A stretch of DNA of 64,000 nucleotides, taken from positions 75,375-139,374 of the forward strand of contig JAKLKU010000009.1 of NCBI GenBank assembly GCA_023150475.1, in the 5' to 3' direction. How positions within the stretch are numbered: position 1 is the first letter of the stretch; every line of letters starts with the position of its first letter. Positions 38,701 to 46,832 of the stretch are shown piece after piece. This stretch comes from Planctomycetota bacterium. Its GTDB lineage: Bacteria > Planctomycetota > UBA1135 > GCA-002686595. Both the position numbers and the translations under genes were made by a program. The notes beneath the pieces were generated by a model. It did not search any database and was not told where the DNA came from. It saw only the letters and a list, made by a program, of their open reading frames with translations.

Positions 38701-38969
38701 ACGGCGGAGCTGGCCCCGACGGCGAAGTCGAACGCGGCGCGTTCGACCGCGTGCTCGTCGAACGCGGCGCGCGGCGGGCGCGGATCGTGGACTTCAAGTC
38801 GGACGCCGGCCTCGACGACGAATCGCGGCTCGCGGAGCGGACCGCGCACCACGCGCCTCAACTGCGGGCGTACCGCGCGGCGCTCGCGCGTCTGCTCTCG
38901 TTCGCTCCCGACGCGATTCGCACCGACGTGTGGTTCCTCGAAGCCGGCGTCGTGCGCACGATCGAGTGA
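35712..38969 (+). CDS. UvrD/Rep-type helicase with C-terminal RecB-family nuclease (AddA/RecB-like)
   Basis: Walker A 'LASAGSGKTYSL', 'LLLDEFQDTSPAQW', 'VGDTKQSIYGWRGG', 'VMTIHAAKGLEFD' and C-terminal 'RIVDFKSD...APQLRAYRAAL'. Confidence 0.8.
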   Translation: MSAPRGASVVLASAGSGKTYSLTTHFLALVAAGVPPERVLATTFTRKAAGEILDRIFARLVRASRDERERAELDAALGGAVPSRARAAELAAGLARHVERCRVMTIDSFFVVLARAFAAELGLAPDWRIADEFDDARARDAAVAAALEDGSTERWILLLRELERAKTSREVHATLVARVRDAHELFLESRAEAWSALAPPPRADAATVERLAKRLAALAPPLTKQGKPNQTWVNGLAKLRGRAAAGEWEALVKDGIAAKVIAGEEKYGSAEIGVDTRALVTELVRVAAAELGAVLEGQNRATREFVEHFAAQFTARLAERGWLRFADLPRALAADATEARDFAEELAWRLDAELDHLLLDEFQDTSPAQWRVLRPLAEELAADGSGAKSFFCVGDTKQSIYGWRGGDPRLLEGVAAWPTVERRSLTVSYRSAPVVLAAVNRIFADLAASAAFADSEAALAAARKFRFDAHSAAKPKLTGVVRALFVDAHGETGVGDTGAGDTGASNSGAGGRKGGGADAVRAACRAAAVEHVVELARRAPRATIAILVRRKAQVGPLVYALRRRGLAASGESGNPLTDATAVQVALSALHLAEHPADTAAWFHVAHSPLAAPLGIAWGMDRATLRTRARKLREHVLERGFAETLESFRPAFGAANAWETRRFERLIEFAIALENDPLAAASASIDEFVARVRDERVEDPSAAAIKVMTIHAAKGLEFDAVVLCDLAFEFERVPAALVWRRVDEDPRREIEAVSRHAAKEWRNALHFVGAPRLAELHLATSTRAMYDELCALYVATTRARRELVFVLPPVDPADPSYDSAAVVALALGIAGKPPGEAWVLDGSDERWVAEFEAPKAASAAGGDAAPAVRFREPSSAPAAASVAPSKRGPGAPLSLRLHFAPTTAARRRGLRLHLWLAEVEWLEAFARTDAELVELARAADLGGVGLERDLADFRRLLGTPAARDVLSRAENPGDVEAWRERRYLLPAFAAVSVGAGSDGGAGPDGEVERGAFDRVLVERGARRARIVDFKSDAGLDDESRLAERTAHHAPQLRAYRAALARLLSFAPDAIRTDVWFLEAGVVRTIE

Positions 38970-38972
38970 GCT

Positions 38973-39761
38973 TCAGACTTCGAGGCTCTCGCCGATCCGG
39001 TCCTGTTCGGCGACGAGCACGCGCACGCGCTGCGCGATGCCGAGGCGCTCCAACGTCGTGTGCGCGGCCTCGAGCGCGAGCTCTCGAGTGTTGTTGGTCT
39101 CCGACAGGTGCGCGAGGACCAACGTGTGCAGATGCTCGCTCGCGAGTGCCGTCAGCATCGTCGCGGCTTGCGCGTTCGAAAGATGCCCCGCGTTGCCGAG
39201 GATGCGGCGTTTCAACGTCGCGGGATACGGTCCGGCTTCGAGCATGCCGACGTCGTGGTTGAACTCGAGCACGAGCACGTGCGCATCGGCGAGCGCGCGA
39301 GCGACTTCGACCCGCGGATGGCCCATGTCGGTCAGGATCACGACGCGCCGCCCGAGATGCTCGAGTTTGAACGCGAGCGTCGGCACGGCGTCGTGCGGCA
39401 GTGCCACGCTCGTCACTTCGACCGTGTCCGCGCCACGCCGGCCGACGACGCGATAGGGCGCGCCGACCGGCAGCGCAGCGAGGTTCTTCGAACGGCGGAT
39501 CGCCGCGTTGCGCATCAGGCCTTCCGTGCAGTGCAACGTGCAGCGGGCCTTGCGCGCGATCGCGCCGGCGGCACGCGCGTGATCGAGGTGCCCGTGCGTG
39601 ACGAAGACGTGGTCGAGCCCTGGCGGCGCGAAACGCGCCGCGTCGAGGCGCTCTTCCATGCCGGCGACCGTCAGTCCGGCGTCGACGAGCACGTTCGTCT
39701 CGCCGGCGCGCACCAAGGTCGAGTTGCCGCCGCTGCCGCTCGCGAGCACTTGCAGCTTCAT
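38973..39761 (-). CDS. MBL-fold metallo-hydrolase
   Basis: '[17 protein letters not shown]' and HxHxDH motif 'VFVTHGHLDHARAAG'. ATGA overlap with the upstream otsA/otsB fusion gene (39758-39761). Confidence 0.85.
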   Translation of the reverse strand: MKLQVLASGSGGNSTLVRAGETNVLVDAGLTVAGMEERLDAARFAPPGLDHVFVTHGHLDHARAAGAIARKARCTLHCTEGLMRNAAIRRSKNLAALPVGAPYRVVGRRGADTVEVTSVALPHDAVPTLAFKLEHLGRRVVILTDMGHPRVEVARALADAHVLVLEFNHDVGMLEAGPYPATLKRRILGNAGHLSNAQAATMLTALASEHLHTLVLAHLSETNNTRELALEAAHTTLERLGIAQRVRVLVAEQDRIGESLEV

Positions 39762-41968
39762 CGCGACGAGGGAGGCTCGACCGGCGCGCCCGCCGTGCGT
39801 TCGACGCTCGCCGCGAACTCGGCGAGCAGGCCGCGCGCCGCGCGCCAGTCGGGGACCGACCAAGGCGCGAGCGACTCGCCCGGACCGACGTGGACCCGCA
39901 CCGAGTCGCGCGGCAGCGCCGCGAACAGGTCCTCGTCGGTGCGGTCGTCGCCCAGCGCGAGGATCCGCGTGTCGTGGCTCGCCGCGAGCATCAGCCTCGT
40001 CGCGAGCGTGCCTTTGTTCTCGCCGTGCGGCCGGACTTCGACCACGCGGTTGCCGAGCAGCACTTCGACCGGCAGGTTGCTGCAGAGCGCCTGCAAGACG
40101 AGCCGCAGTTCGTTCGCCTGACGTTCGCCGAAGTCCGGGTCCGCGGCGCGCCAGTGCCACGCGTAGCCGACGCTCTTCTTCTCGACTCTCGCGCCCGGCG
40201 TGCGCTCGGCGAAATCGGCGAGCAGGCGCTCGATCGAGCGGCGGTGCTGCAACTCGATGCCGCGGGCCATCGACCACGTTTCCGCGCCGCGTGGACGCGT
40301 CCACAGTCCGTGTTCGGCGTGCAAACCGACGTCGAGTTCCGCGAGCCAGCGTTCGAGTTCCAGCGGCGGACGGCCGCTGACCAAGTGGACCTCGGTGTCG
40401 GGAAGCGCCGCGAGACGCGCGAGCAGCTCGCGCAGCTCCTGGTCGGGCTCGGCGCGCAAGGGGTCGATGTCGAACGGCACCAGCGTGCCGTCGTAGTCGA
40501 GCAGCACGAGCCGCTTCTTCGCGAGCGCCAGTCCTTCGAGCGGCACCGGCCCGGGCGCGGCGGGCGGCATGTCGGAGCGTTCGGACGCCGTCTCCAACGT
40601 GGCGAGGAATCCGCGCGCCCACTGATCGGCGTCGGCGGCGAAGACGCGGGCTCGCATCGCGCGCATCCGCTCGCGCCGCTCCTCGCGCGGCATCGTCAGG
40701 GCGCGGTGGCACGCGTCCGAAACCGCGCGCGTGTCGAACGGATTGACGAGCAGCGCGCCGGACAGCTCTCCCGCCGCGCCGGCGAACTCGGAGAGGACCA
40801 GCACGCCGTCCTCGTCGTTGCGCGCCGCGACGAATTCCTTGGCGACGAGGTTCATGCCGTCGCGGATCGGCGTCACGAGCATCACGTCCGCCGCGCGGTA
40901 CAACGCGACGACTTCGCGCGACGAGAGCGCGCGGTGCAAGTAGTGCACGGGCACCCAACTCGCCGTGGCGAACATGCCTTGGATCCGGCCGACGAGTTCG
41001 TCGATCGTCTGACGCATCGCGCGGTAGACCTGCACGGTCGTCCGCGACGGCACGGCGACTTGCACGAGCCGCACCAGGCCTCGCAGTTCGACGTGCCGAT
41101 CGAGCAGCTCCTGCAGTGCGAGCAGCCGACGCGGGATGCCCTTCGTGTAGTCGAGCCGGTCGATGCCGACGAGCAGTTTCTCCGGTCCGGTGCGCAGTCG
41201 CTCGGTTTCGTCGCGCACTTCGGGTTCTTCGGCGATCGCCGAGTAGCCGCGCGCGTCGATGCCCATCGGGAACGAGCCGATCGACACGGAGCGATCGTGC
41301 CAACGCACGCGATCGACGGCGACTTCGAGCCCGAGGACGTGCAGCAGCGCGGCCGCGAAGTGCCGCGCGTAGTCGTGCGTGTGGAAGCCGACGAGATCGG
41401 CGCCGAGCAACCCGCGCAGGAGCTCCGCGCGTTGCGGCAGCACGCGCCAGATCGGCGACGCCGGGAACGGGATGTGGAGGAAGAAGCCGATGCGCGCTTG
41501 AGGCAGTTTCGCTCTCACCAGCGCGGGCACGAGCAGCAGTTGGTAGTCGTGGATCCAGATGCGATCACCGGGCCGAGCGTGCGCGACGATCGCATCGGCG
41601 AACCGCTGGTTCGCTTCCGTGTAGAGCTCGAAATCGTCGCTCGAGAGCGGCAGCGACTCGAGCATCGAGTGGAAGAGCGGCCAGAGCACGCCGTTCGCGT
41701 AGCCCTCGTAGAAGCCCTTGACCAAGCGACCCGGGAGCTCGACGCCGACCAAGCGCCGGCGCGCGAGTTCGCGTTCGAGTTCGGCGTGGCCATCGAGATC
41801 GAGCTCGTCGGTCTCGCCGGGCCACCCGATCCACAGCGCGTCGCCGGTTGCGTGCACCGACGCGAGCCCGGTCGCCACGCCGCCGACGCTCGCGTGGACC
41901 TCGACGTGGGAACCTCGCGCCCGCACGTGGATCGGCAGGCGGTTCGAGACGATCAGGACTCGGCTCAT
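39758..41968 (-). CDS. Bifunctional trehalose-6-phosphate synthase (GT20) / trehalose-6-phosphate phosphatase (HAD) fusion
   Basis: N-terminal half: 'VLIVSNRLP', '[12 protein letters not shown]', 'FFLHIPFP' and '[11 protein letters not shown]'. C-terminal half: '[13 protein letters not shown]' and '[14 protein letters not shown]'. Start chosen at 'MSRVLIV' (41968). The upstream 177 codons of the track ORF cover the non-coding repeats. Confidence 0.9.
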   Translation of the reverse strand: MSRVLIVSNRLPIHVRARGSHVEVHASVGGVATGLASVHATGDALWIGWPGETDELDLDGHAELERELARRRLVGVELPGRLVKGFYEGYANGVLWPLFHSMLESLPLSSDDFELYTEANQRFADAIVAHARPGDRIWIHDYQLLLVPALVRAKLPQARIGFFLHIPFPASPIWRVLPQRAELLRGLLGADLVGFHTHDYARHFAAALLHVLGLEVAVDRVRWHDRSVSIGSFPMGIDARGYSAIAEEPEVRDETERLRTGPEKLLVGIDRLDYTKGIPRRLLALQELLDRHVELRGLVRLVQVAVPSRTTVQVYRAMRQTIDELVGRIQGMFATASWVPVHYLHRALSSREVVALYRAADVMLVTPIRDGMNLVAKEFVAARNDEDGVLVLSEFAGAAGELSGALLVNPFDTRAVSDACHRALTMPREERRERMRAMRARVFAADADQWARGFLATLETASERSDMPPAAPGPVPLEGLALAKKRLVLLDYDGTLVPFDIDPLRAEPDQELRELLARLAALPDTEVHLVSGRPPLELERWLAELDVGLHAEHGLWTRPRGAETWSMARGIELQHRRSIERLLADFAERTPGARVEKKSVGYAWHWRAADPDFGERQANELRLVLQALCSNLPVEVLLGNRVVEVRPHGENKGTLATRLMLAASHDTRILALGDDRTDEDLFAALPRDSVRVHVGPGESLAPWSVPDWRAARGLLAEFAASVERTAGAPVEPPSSR

Positions 41969-42045
41969 GGACCGGGGTGCTTTCGTGCAGGGGACGAAGT
42001 GGGGCGGAAGGCGGACGATGTTCGGCCGGACTCGGACTCGGCGCC

Positions 42046-42125
42046 CGGCCGGGACGGTGCTCGGCCGGGACGGCGCCCGTCCGGGACGGCGCCCGATCGG
42101 GACGGTGCTCGGCCGGATCGGGCCG
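42046..42125. repeat. 16-bp tandem repeat array A (4 good units plus 1 degenerate): CGNNCGGGACGGYGCY
   Basis: Units read directly: cggccgggacggtgct / cggccgggacggcgcc / cgtccgggacggcgcc / cgatcgggacggtgct / cggccggatcgggccg. The array lies in the 373-nt gap upstream of the otsA/otsB fusion gene. Confidence 0.85.
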
Positions 42126-42127
42126 CT

Positions 42128-42190
42128 GCGACGCCCGAACGCGGCGACGCCCGAACGCCGCGACGCCGGAACGGCGCGACGCATGCGATC
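42128..42190. repeat. 16-bp tandem repeat array B (3 good units plus 1 partial): GCGACGCCCGAACGCN
   Basis: Units read directly: gcgacgcccgaacgcg / gcgacgcccgaacgcc / gcgacgccggaacggc / gcgacgcatgcgatcc. Directly abuts array A. Confidence 0.85.
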
Positions 42191-42341
42191 CCGCGATTCG
42201 CGCGATCTGCGGCGGATGGGCTCGTCCGGGGCGAACGAGCACGCCGCGCAGTCCCACTGAGCGGTGATCCGTGACGCGTCGGTCCGGCGCGCGCCGCAAC
42301 CTAGCACCGGGTCCGCGCCGGGGCCAAGTGCGGAAACCCGT

Positions 42342-44840
42342 TCATTCGACGAGGCGAGCCGGTCGAATTCGCGAGCCCAGGATCGCGCACACGAATCCGA
42401 GGACCGCGAGGCACGCTGCGAAAACGTACGAGCGCGGCAAGAATCTCGCCCGCACGACGAGGCCGTTCCGCGCGGGAAGTTCGACGCCGAGCAGCGCATG
42501 GTCGGCGGGTGCGACGCGAGCCGCGGGCTCGCCGTCGATCGTCACGTTCCAACCAGCGTGGTACGCGGCGGAAACGACGAGCCAGCCGCCGGCGGGCGCG
42601 TCGACGCGAGCCTCGAACTCGCCGAAGCCGGAGTCGACGAATTCGACCACGCGCGCGGTCGCGGCAGAGTCGCTTTCCGGGCCGGCCGGTTCACGCGGAG
42701 TGCCGAGCGGCACGTGCGCGTCCGCGGCGACCACCACGCACTCGCGCGCCGGAAGGAAGCGGGGACTCGCGAGTTCGGCGAGAGCGCTCGTTCCGTCGGC
42801 GACGAAGCGCGGCGCGACGACGCGCGCGCGGCCGAGCGCACTCGTGCGGCGATACACGTGGAAACGCTCGCGTTCGAGCACCGGTTCGAGCGCCGGGTGG
42901 CGTCGCGGCGAACGCGAGAGCACGGCGCGCACGTCGAGCGCGTCGAGCAATGGATGCGCAGCCAGCGCTTCGAGCGAGAGGCGACTGATGCCGGTGCGAT
43001 AGCCCGCGAGCGGATCGAGCGCGCGCACGAGCTCGACGAGCCTGCGCTGGCTGAAGACGACGTACGGCGTGAGGTCGGCGATGCCGTACGCTTCGGGCAA
43101 GTTGGGTCGCGCGAGCACGAGCACGTCGTCGATCCCAGAACCACTTTCGTCGAGACGCACGACGCGTCCGTCGCCCGCGGCTGCGGCGAGCGCAGCGAGC
43201 GCGGGCGAGCTCGGGAACGGCGCGCCGAGGCTCGCCGCGCGCGGCACGAGGTGCGCCGCCGACGCCGCGACGCCTTCGACGAGCAGCACGGCGAAGAGCG
43301 GCAACCACGGCGCGCGCGCCGTTTCGCGACGGCGGCTCCACACGAGGAAACTCGCGGCGACGGCGGTCGAGAGCGCGACCAGGGCGAGGCGCTCCGCGGC
43401 GTGGGCGAGCCGCTCCGCCGCGCGGACCGCGTCGTCGTGTGCGATCAGCGCGCGCACTTCGCCGAGCGTCACGCCGTGGCGTTCGGCGAGCTCGAGCTCG
43501 CGCGCTGCGGCGAACGCCTCGGCCTCGAGCGTCGCACGGAAGAGCCCGCCGCACGCCGCGAGTCCGAGCACCAGCGCGAGCACGGTCCACAGCGCCCGCG
43601 GGTGGCGCCGCAGCAGCGCTTCGACGCCGAAGCCGGCCGCGAGCGGCAGCACGACCCAGAGCACGCTCGCCGCGCGCGCCGGCGCGCCGACGTCGAAGAG
43701 CGGCAAGCGATAGAGCTCGCGCACGAGCGGCCAGCCCTGCACGAAGCCGAGCGCGACCAGCGCGAGCAGCGCGAACGCTCGCACGTCGCGGGGAAAACAG
43801 ACGAGCCCGGCGACGGCGAGCGCGAGCGTCGCGACGCCCGCGAAGAGTTGCCACTCGAGCGGGTTCGCGTTCTGCGCCGCGTCGCGTTCCTCGCGCGACG
43901 CGAGCCACCACGGCACCGGCAAGTGGGGCGCGGCGAGCGGTTCGTTCGGGCTGCCGGCGAGGTCGGGTACGACGAGGCCGAGCGTGCTCGCGAGCGGCAG
44001 GCTCTCGGCGGTGAGCTCCGTGACGGTGCGCTCGGCGCGCAGCGATTCGCTCGCCGCGTCGAAGGTCGGCACGAGCTGCACGCTCGCGATCGCGAGCCCG
44101 CAGGCCGCGAACGCGCACGCGCGGCCAAGAGGCAGCGCGACGCCGTCCGCGAAGCGCCGCACGAGCGCGTAGAGCACCGCGGCCGCGAGTCCGAACGCCG
44201 CGATCGTCGGGAAGCCGGCGAGGAAACTCGCCGCGATCGAGCCCGCGAGGGCGAGTCCGGCGCGCGGCTTCCTCGCGGCGAGTCCGTCGAGCGCCCACAG
44301 CGTCCACGGCAGCCAGAGCGCCGCGTCGAGCTTCATCCGGTAGTGCAGGTTCGCGAGCGCGAAGCCGCCGATCTGCAGCGCGAGCGCGCCGATCGCCGCG
44401 GCGCCGAAGCTCGTGCCGCGCCGTTCGAGGAAACTCCACGCGCCGAGCCCGGCGAGGAAGAGCGAGAGCGCCGCGAGCCACGGTCCCGCGCGCACCGGAT
44501 CGGTCGCGTAGCCGATCCAGTTCGGCGGATAGAGCGGCCCGACCAACGTGCCGCCGACGAGCGGCAGCCCGAGGCCTTGTTTCGCGTTCCAGAGCGGCAG
44601 GCTGCCCGCTCGCAGCGCCGCTTGGATCGTGAGCTCGTCGGTGAGGATCGGGAACAGCCGATCGGACGCGAGGTAGTTCGCCTGCTGCCACGCGACGGCC
44701 GCGTCCTCCGGTGCTTCGCTCGCGAGCGGCTCGAGCCCACGCGGTGCCTGCGGCAGGAAGAGCGCGCCCGAGAGGACGGCCGGCAGGACGAGCACGAGCG
44801 GCAGCGCGAGGAGGAGCGCGAGCTTCGCGAAACGCCGCAT
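42342..44840 (-). CDS. Large polytopic membrane protein, YfhO-like (putative glycosyltransferase family; tentative)
   Basis: 832 aa. About a dozen hydrophobic segments fill the first two-thirds, followed by a soluble C-terminal domain and a final TM. N-terminus 'MRRFAKLALLLALPLVLVLPAV'. The family assignment is from overall architecture only. Confidence 0.5.
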   Translation of the reverse strand: MRRFAKLALLLALPLVLVLPAVLSGALFLPQAPRGLEPLASEAPEDAAVAWQQANYLASDRLFPILTDELTIQAALRAGSLPLWNAKQGLGLPLVGGTLVGPLYPPNWIGYATDPVRAGPWLAALSLFLAGLGAWSFLERRGTSFGAAAIGALALQIGGFALANLHYRMKLDAALWLPWTLWALDGLAARKPRAGLALAGSIAASFLAGFPTIAAFGLAAAVLYALVRRFADGVALPLGRACAFAACGLAIASVQLVPTFDAASESLRAERTVTELTAESLPLASTLGLVVPDLAGSPNEPLAAPHLPVPWWLASREERDAAQNANPLEWQLFAGVATLALAVAGLVCFPRDVRAFALLALVALGFVQGWPLVRELYRLPLFDVGAPARAASVLWVVLPLAAGFGVEALLRRHPRALWTVLALVLGLAACGGLFRATLEAEAFAAARELELAERHGVTLGEVRALIAHDDAVRAAERLAHAAERLALVALSTAVAASFLVWSRRRETARAPWLPLFAVLLVEGVAASAAHLVPRAASLGAPFPSSPALAALAAAAGDGRVVRLDESGSGIDDVLVLARPNLPEAYGIADLTPYVVFSQRRLVELVRALDPLAGYRTGISRLSLEALAAHPLLDALDVRAVLSRSPRRHPALEPVLERERFHVYRRTSALGRARVVAPRFVADGTSALAELASPRFLPARECVVVAADAHVPLGTPREPAGPESDSAATARVVEFVDSGFGEFEARVDAPAGGWLVVSAAYHAGWNVTIDGEPAARVAPADHALLGVELPARNGLVVRARFLPRSYVFAACLAVLGFVCAILGSRIRPARLVE

Positions 44841-44921
44841 GGCGCGCCATCATGCGGTCCCGCGCGGGCGACTCAACCCCGAGAGATGACTCGGCGTCGG
44901 TCGGAGGCGTATCTTGGCGCC

Positions 44922-46799
44922 ATGCCGACTCTCCGCACCGCGCCGTCCGTCGCGTTCCTCTTCGTCCTCGCGTCCGTCGCTTGCACGAGCACCGCTCCGA
45001 GCGCGCCGGCGGTCGCGGACGCCGAACGCTTGCTCGCCGACGTCACGTGGCTCGCCGACGACGCCCAAGGCGGTCGGCGCGCAGGCACCGACGAAGCGCG
45101 CCGCGCAGGCGAGTGGATCGCGGAGCGCTTTCGCGCGCTCGGGCTCGAGCCGGCCGGCGAGGATGGCTTCCTGCAACGCTTCGAGGTCGGTTTGCCGGCG
45201 ACCGACGGTGGCGACTCGCGGCTCGTCTGCGGCGACTCGACGTGGAGCGGCGCGACGCACCTCGTGCCCGCGTACTGCTCCGATGGCGCGACGGCGAAAG
45301 GCGAACTCGTCTTCTGCGGTTACGCGGTCGAACACGAGCCGCTCGGCTGGAACGACTTCACCTCGCTCGGCCTCTCGGCGAACGACGCGCTCGCGGGCAA
45401 GGTCGCGCTCGTCGTGCGCGGCGCGCCGCCGAAGCGCCCGACGCCGACGCGCGCGACGCACGATCCCGCCGCGCCCGCGCAGACCGAAACGGCGGCGAAC
45501 GTCGTGCGCGGCGACGACTGGGGGACCAGCACGTCGCTCTTCACGAAGACGATGAACTGCAAACGCCGCGGCGCGGTCGCCGTGCTCTTCGTCGAGCATC
45601 CTGCGCATCCCGAGGGGCTCACGCCGTTCGATTCGTCGGCCGCGAAGCAGTCGTCGCTGCCGGTGCTCCTGCTCTCCGGCGAAACGGGCCGGGCGCTCGC
45701 GCCGGAGTGCTTCACGGTGCTCGAGCGTTTCGTCGATCCGCCGACGCCGACCGGCGATGCCGTCGCGTACCCCGCCCGGACCGTCGAAGTGCATGCCGAC
45801 GTCGAGCGCAAGAAAGGACCGGCGTTCAACGTGCTCGCGCGTCTCGCGGGTCGTGATCGTTCGCGCGGAATCGTGATCGGCGCGCACTACGACCATTTGG
45901 GCCACGGTGGGCCGGAGTCGATGGCGCCCGGCGATCGTTCGGTGCACAACGGCGCCGACGACAACGCGAGCGGCACCGCGGTCTTGCTCGAGCTCGCGCG
46001 GCTCTTCGCTCGAGCGCCGCGGCCCGACTGCGACATCGTGTTCGCGGCGTGGTCCGGCGAAGAGCTCGGACTGCTCGGCAGCAAGCACTGGACGGAGCAA
46101 CCGACCATCGAGCTCGCGCGCGTCGAAGCGAACCTGAACCTCGACATGGTCGGCCGTGCCGGCGCCAAGAAACTCGCCGTGCTCGCCACGGCGAGCGCCG
46201 CGCCGTTCGAAGCGTGGCTCGGCGAACTCGGCCGCAAGCACGGCTTCGAGCTCCAGCTCTCCTCCGGCGGCAACGGCGTCGGCGGCAGCGACCACCAAGC
46301 GTTCCTCGAGCGCAAGATCCCGGCGCTGCACTTCTTCAGCGGCGTGCACGCCGACTACCACAAGCCCTCCGACGACGTCGAACGCTTCGAAGCGGCGGGC
46401 GCGGCGGCGGTGACGGAGCTCGCGCGCGACCTGGTCCTCGAAATGACGGCCGCCGGCGACCTCGTCTACGTCGAACCGCCGAAGCCGGAGGGCGGTGAAG
46501 CGGCGCGCGCGACGCCGACGCGCTCGAACGGCACGTGGTTCGGTTCGGTGCCCGAGTACGGTTTCGAAGGCAAAGGCGTCAAACTCGCCGGCACTTCACC
46601 CGGCAGTCCGGCGGAGAAGTCAGGACTCAAGGCGGGCGACGTGCTGAAGCAGGTCGGCGACGTGAAGATCGACACGATGCAGGATTTCGTCTACGCGCTC
46701 GGGCTCTACAAACCGGGCGACACGGTCGTCGCGAAGTTCGAACGCGACGGCAAGGAAGAGAGCGTGCGCGTGTTGCTCACCACTCGGGCGAAACAGTAG
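44922..46799 (+). CDS. M28 family metallopeptidase with PA domain and C-terminal PDZ domain (lipoprotein)
   Basis: Signal/lipobox 'FLFVLASVACTS'. PA-like 'LVFCGYAV...LAGKVALVVRG'. M28 'GAHYDHLG', 'GADDNASGTAVLLELARLF' and 'FAAWSGEELGLLGS'. PDZ 'GVKLAGTSPGSPAEKSGLKAGDVLKQVGDVKI'. The upstream 886 codons of the track ORF are shadow of the antisense gene. Confidence 0.8.
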   Translation: MPTLRTAPSVAFLFVLASVACTSTAPSAPAVADAERLLADVTWLADDAQGGRRAGTDEARRAGEWIAERFRALGLEPAGEDGFLQRFEVGLPATDGGDSRLVCGDSTWSGATHLVPAYCSDGATAKGELVFCGYAVEHEPLGWNDFTSLGLSANDALAGKVALVVRGAPPKRPTPTRATHDPAAPAQTETAANVVRGDDWGTSTSLFTKTMNCKRRGAVAVLFVEHPAHPEGLTPFDSSAAKQSSLPVLLLSGETGRALAPECFTVLERFVDPPTPTGDAVAYPARTVEVHADVERKKGPAFNVLARLAGRDRSRGIVIGAHYDHLGHGGPESMAPGDRSVHNGADDNASGTAVLLELARLFARAPRPDCDIVFAAWSGEELGLLGSKHWTEQPTIELARVEANLNLDMVGRAGAKKLAVLATASAAPFEAWLGELGRKHGFELQLSSGGNGVGGSDHQAFLERKIPALHFFSGVHADYHKPSDDVERFEAAGAAAVTELARDLVLEMTAAGDLVYVEPPKPEGGEAARATPTRSNGTWFGSVPEYGFEGKGVKLAGTSPGSPAEKSGLKAGDVLKQVGDVKIDTMQDFVYALGLYKPGDTVVAKFERDGKEESVRVLLTTRAKQ

Positions 46800-46832
46800 G
46801 CGGGAGGTCGACCGAAGCGAGCCCGGACGGTC

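Noticed and set aside
32950-39761. The nuclease-helicase pair plus the MBL hydrolase as a novel defence system.
   Set aside because: The pair has the standard AddAB/RecB-like motif set and coupling expected of recombinational repair. The MBL gene is on the opposite strand and is coupled to the trehalose gene instead.
42046-42190. Possible CRISPR array.
   Set aside because: The repeats are only 16 bp long and directly abutting, with no spacers. No cas genes are present in the window.
41969-42499. The N-terminal 177-codon extension of the otsA/otsB fusion ORF, showing periodic 'RPSTVP' peptides.
   Set aside because: The periodicity comes from the 16-bp DNA repeats (3 units = 48 nt). The composition is shadow-like, and the conserved OtsA N-terminus '[12 protein letters not shown]' starts at 41968.
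42264-44921. The first ~886 codons of the 1511-aa plus-strand ORF 42264-46799, which would make a giant protein.
   Set aside because: This part is Arg/Glu/Asp-rich shadow of the minus-strand YfhO-like membrane gene. The recognisable M28 protein, with its own signal peptide, begins at the ATG at 44922.
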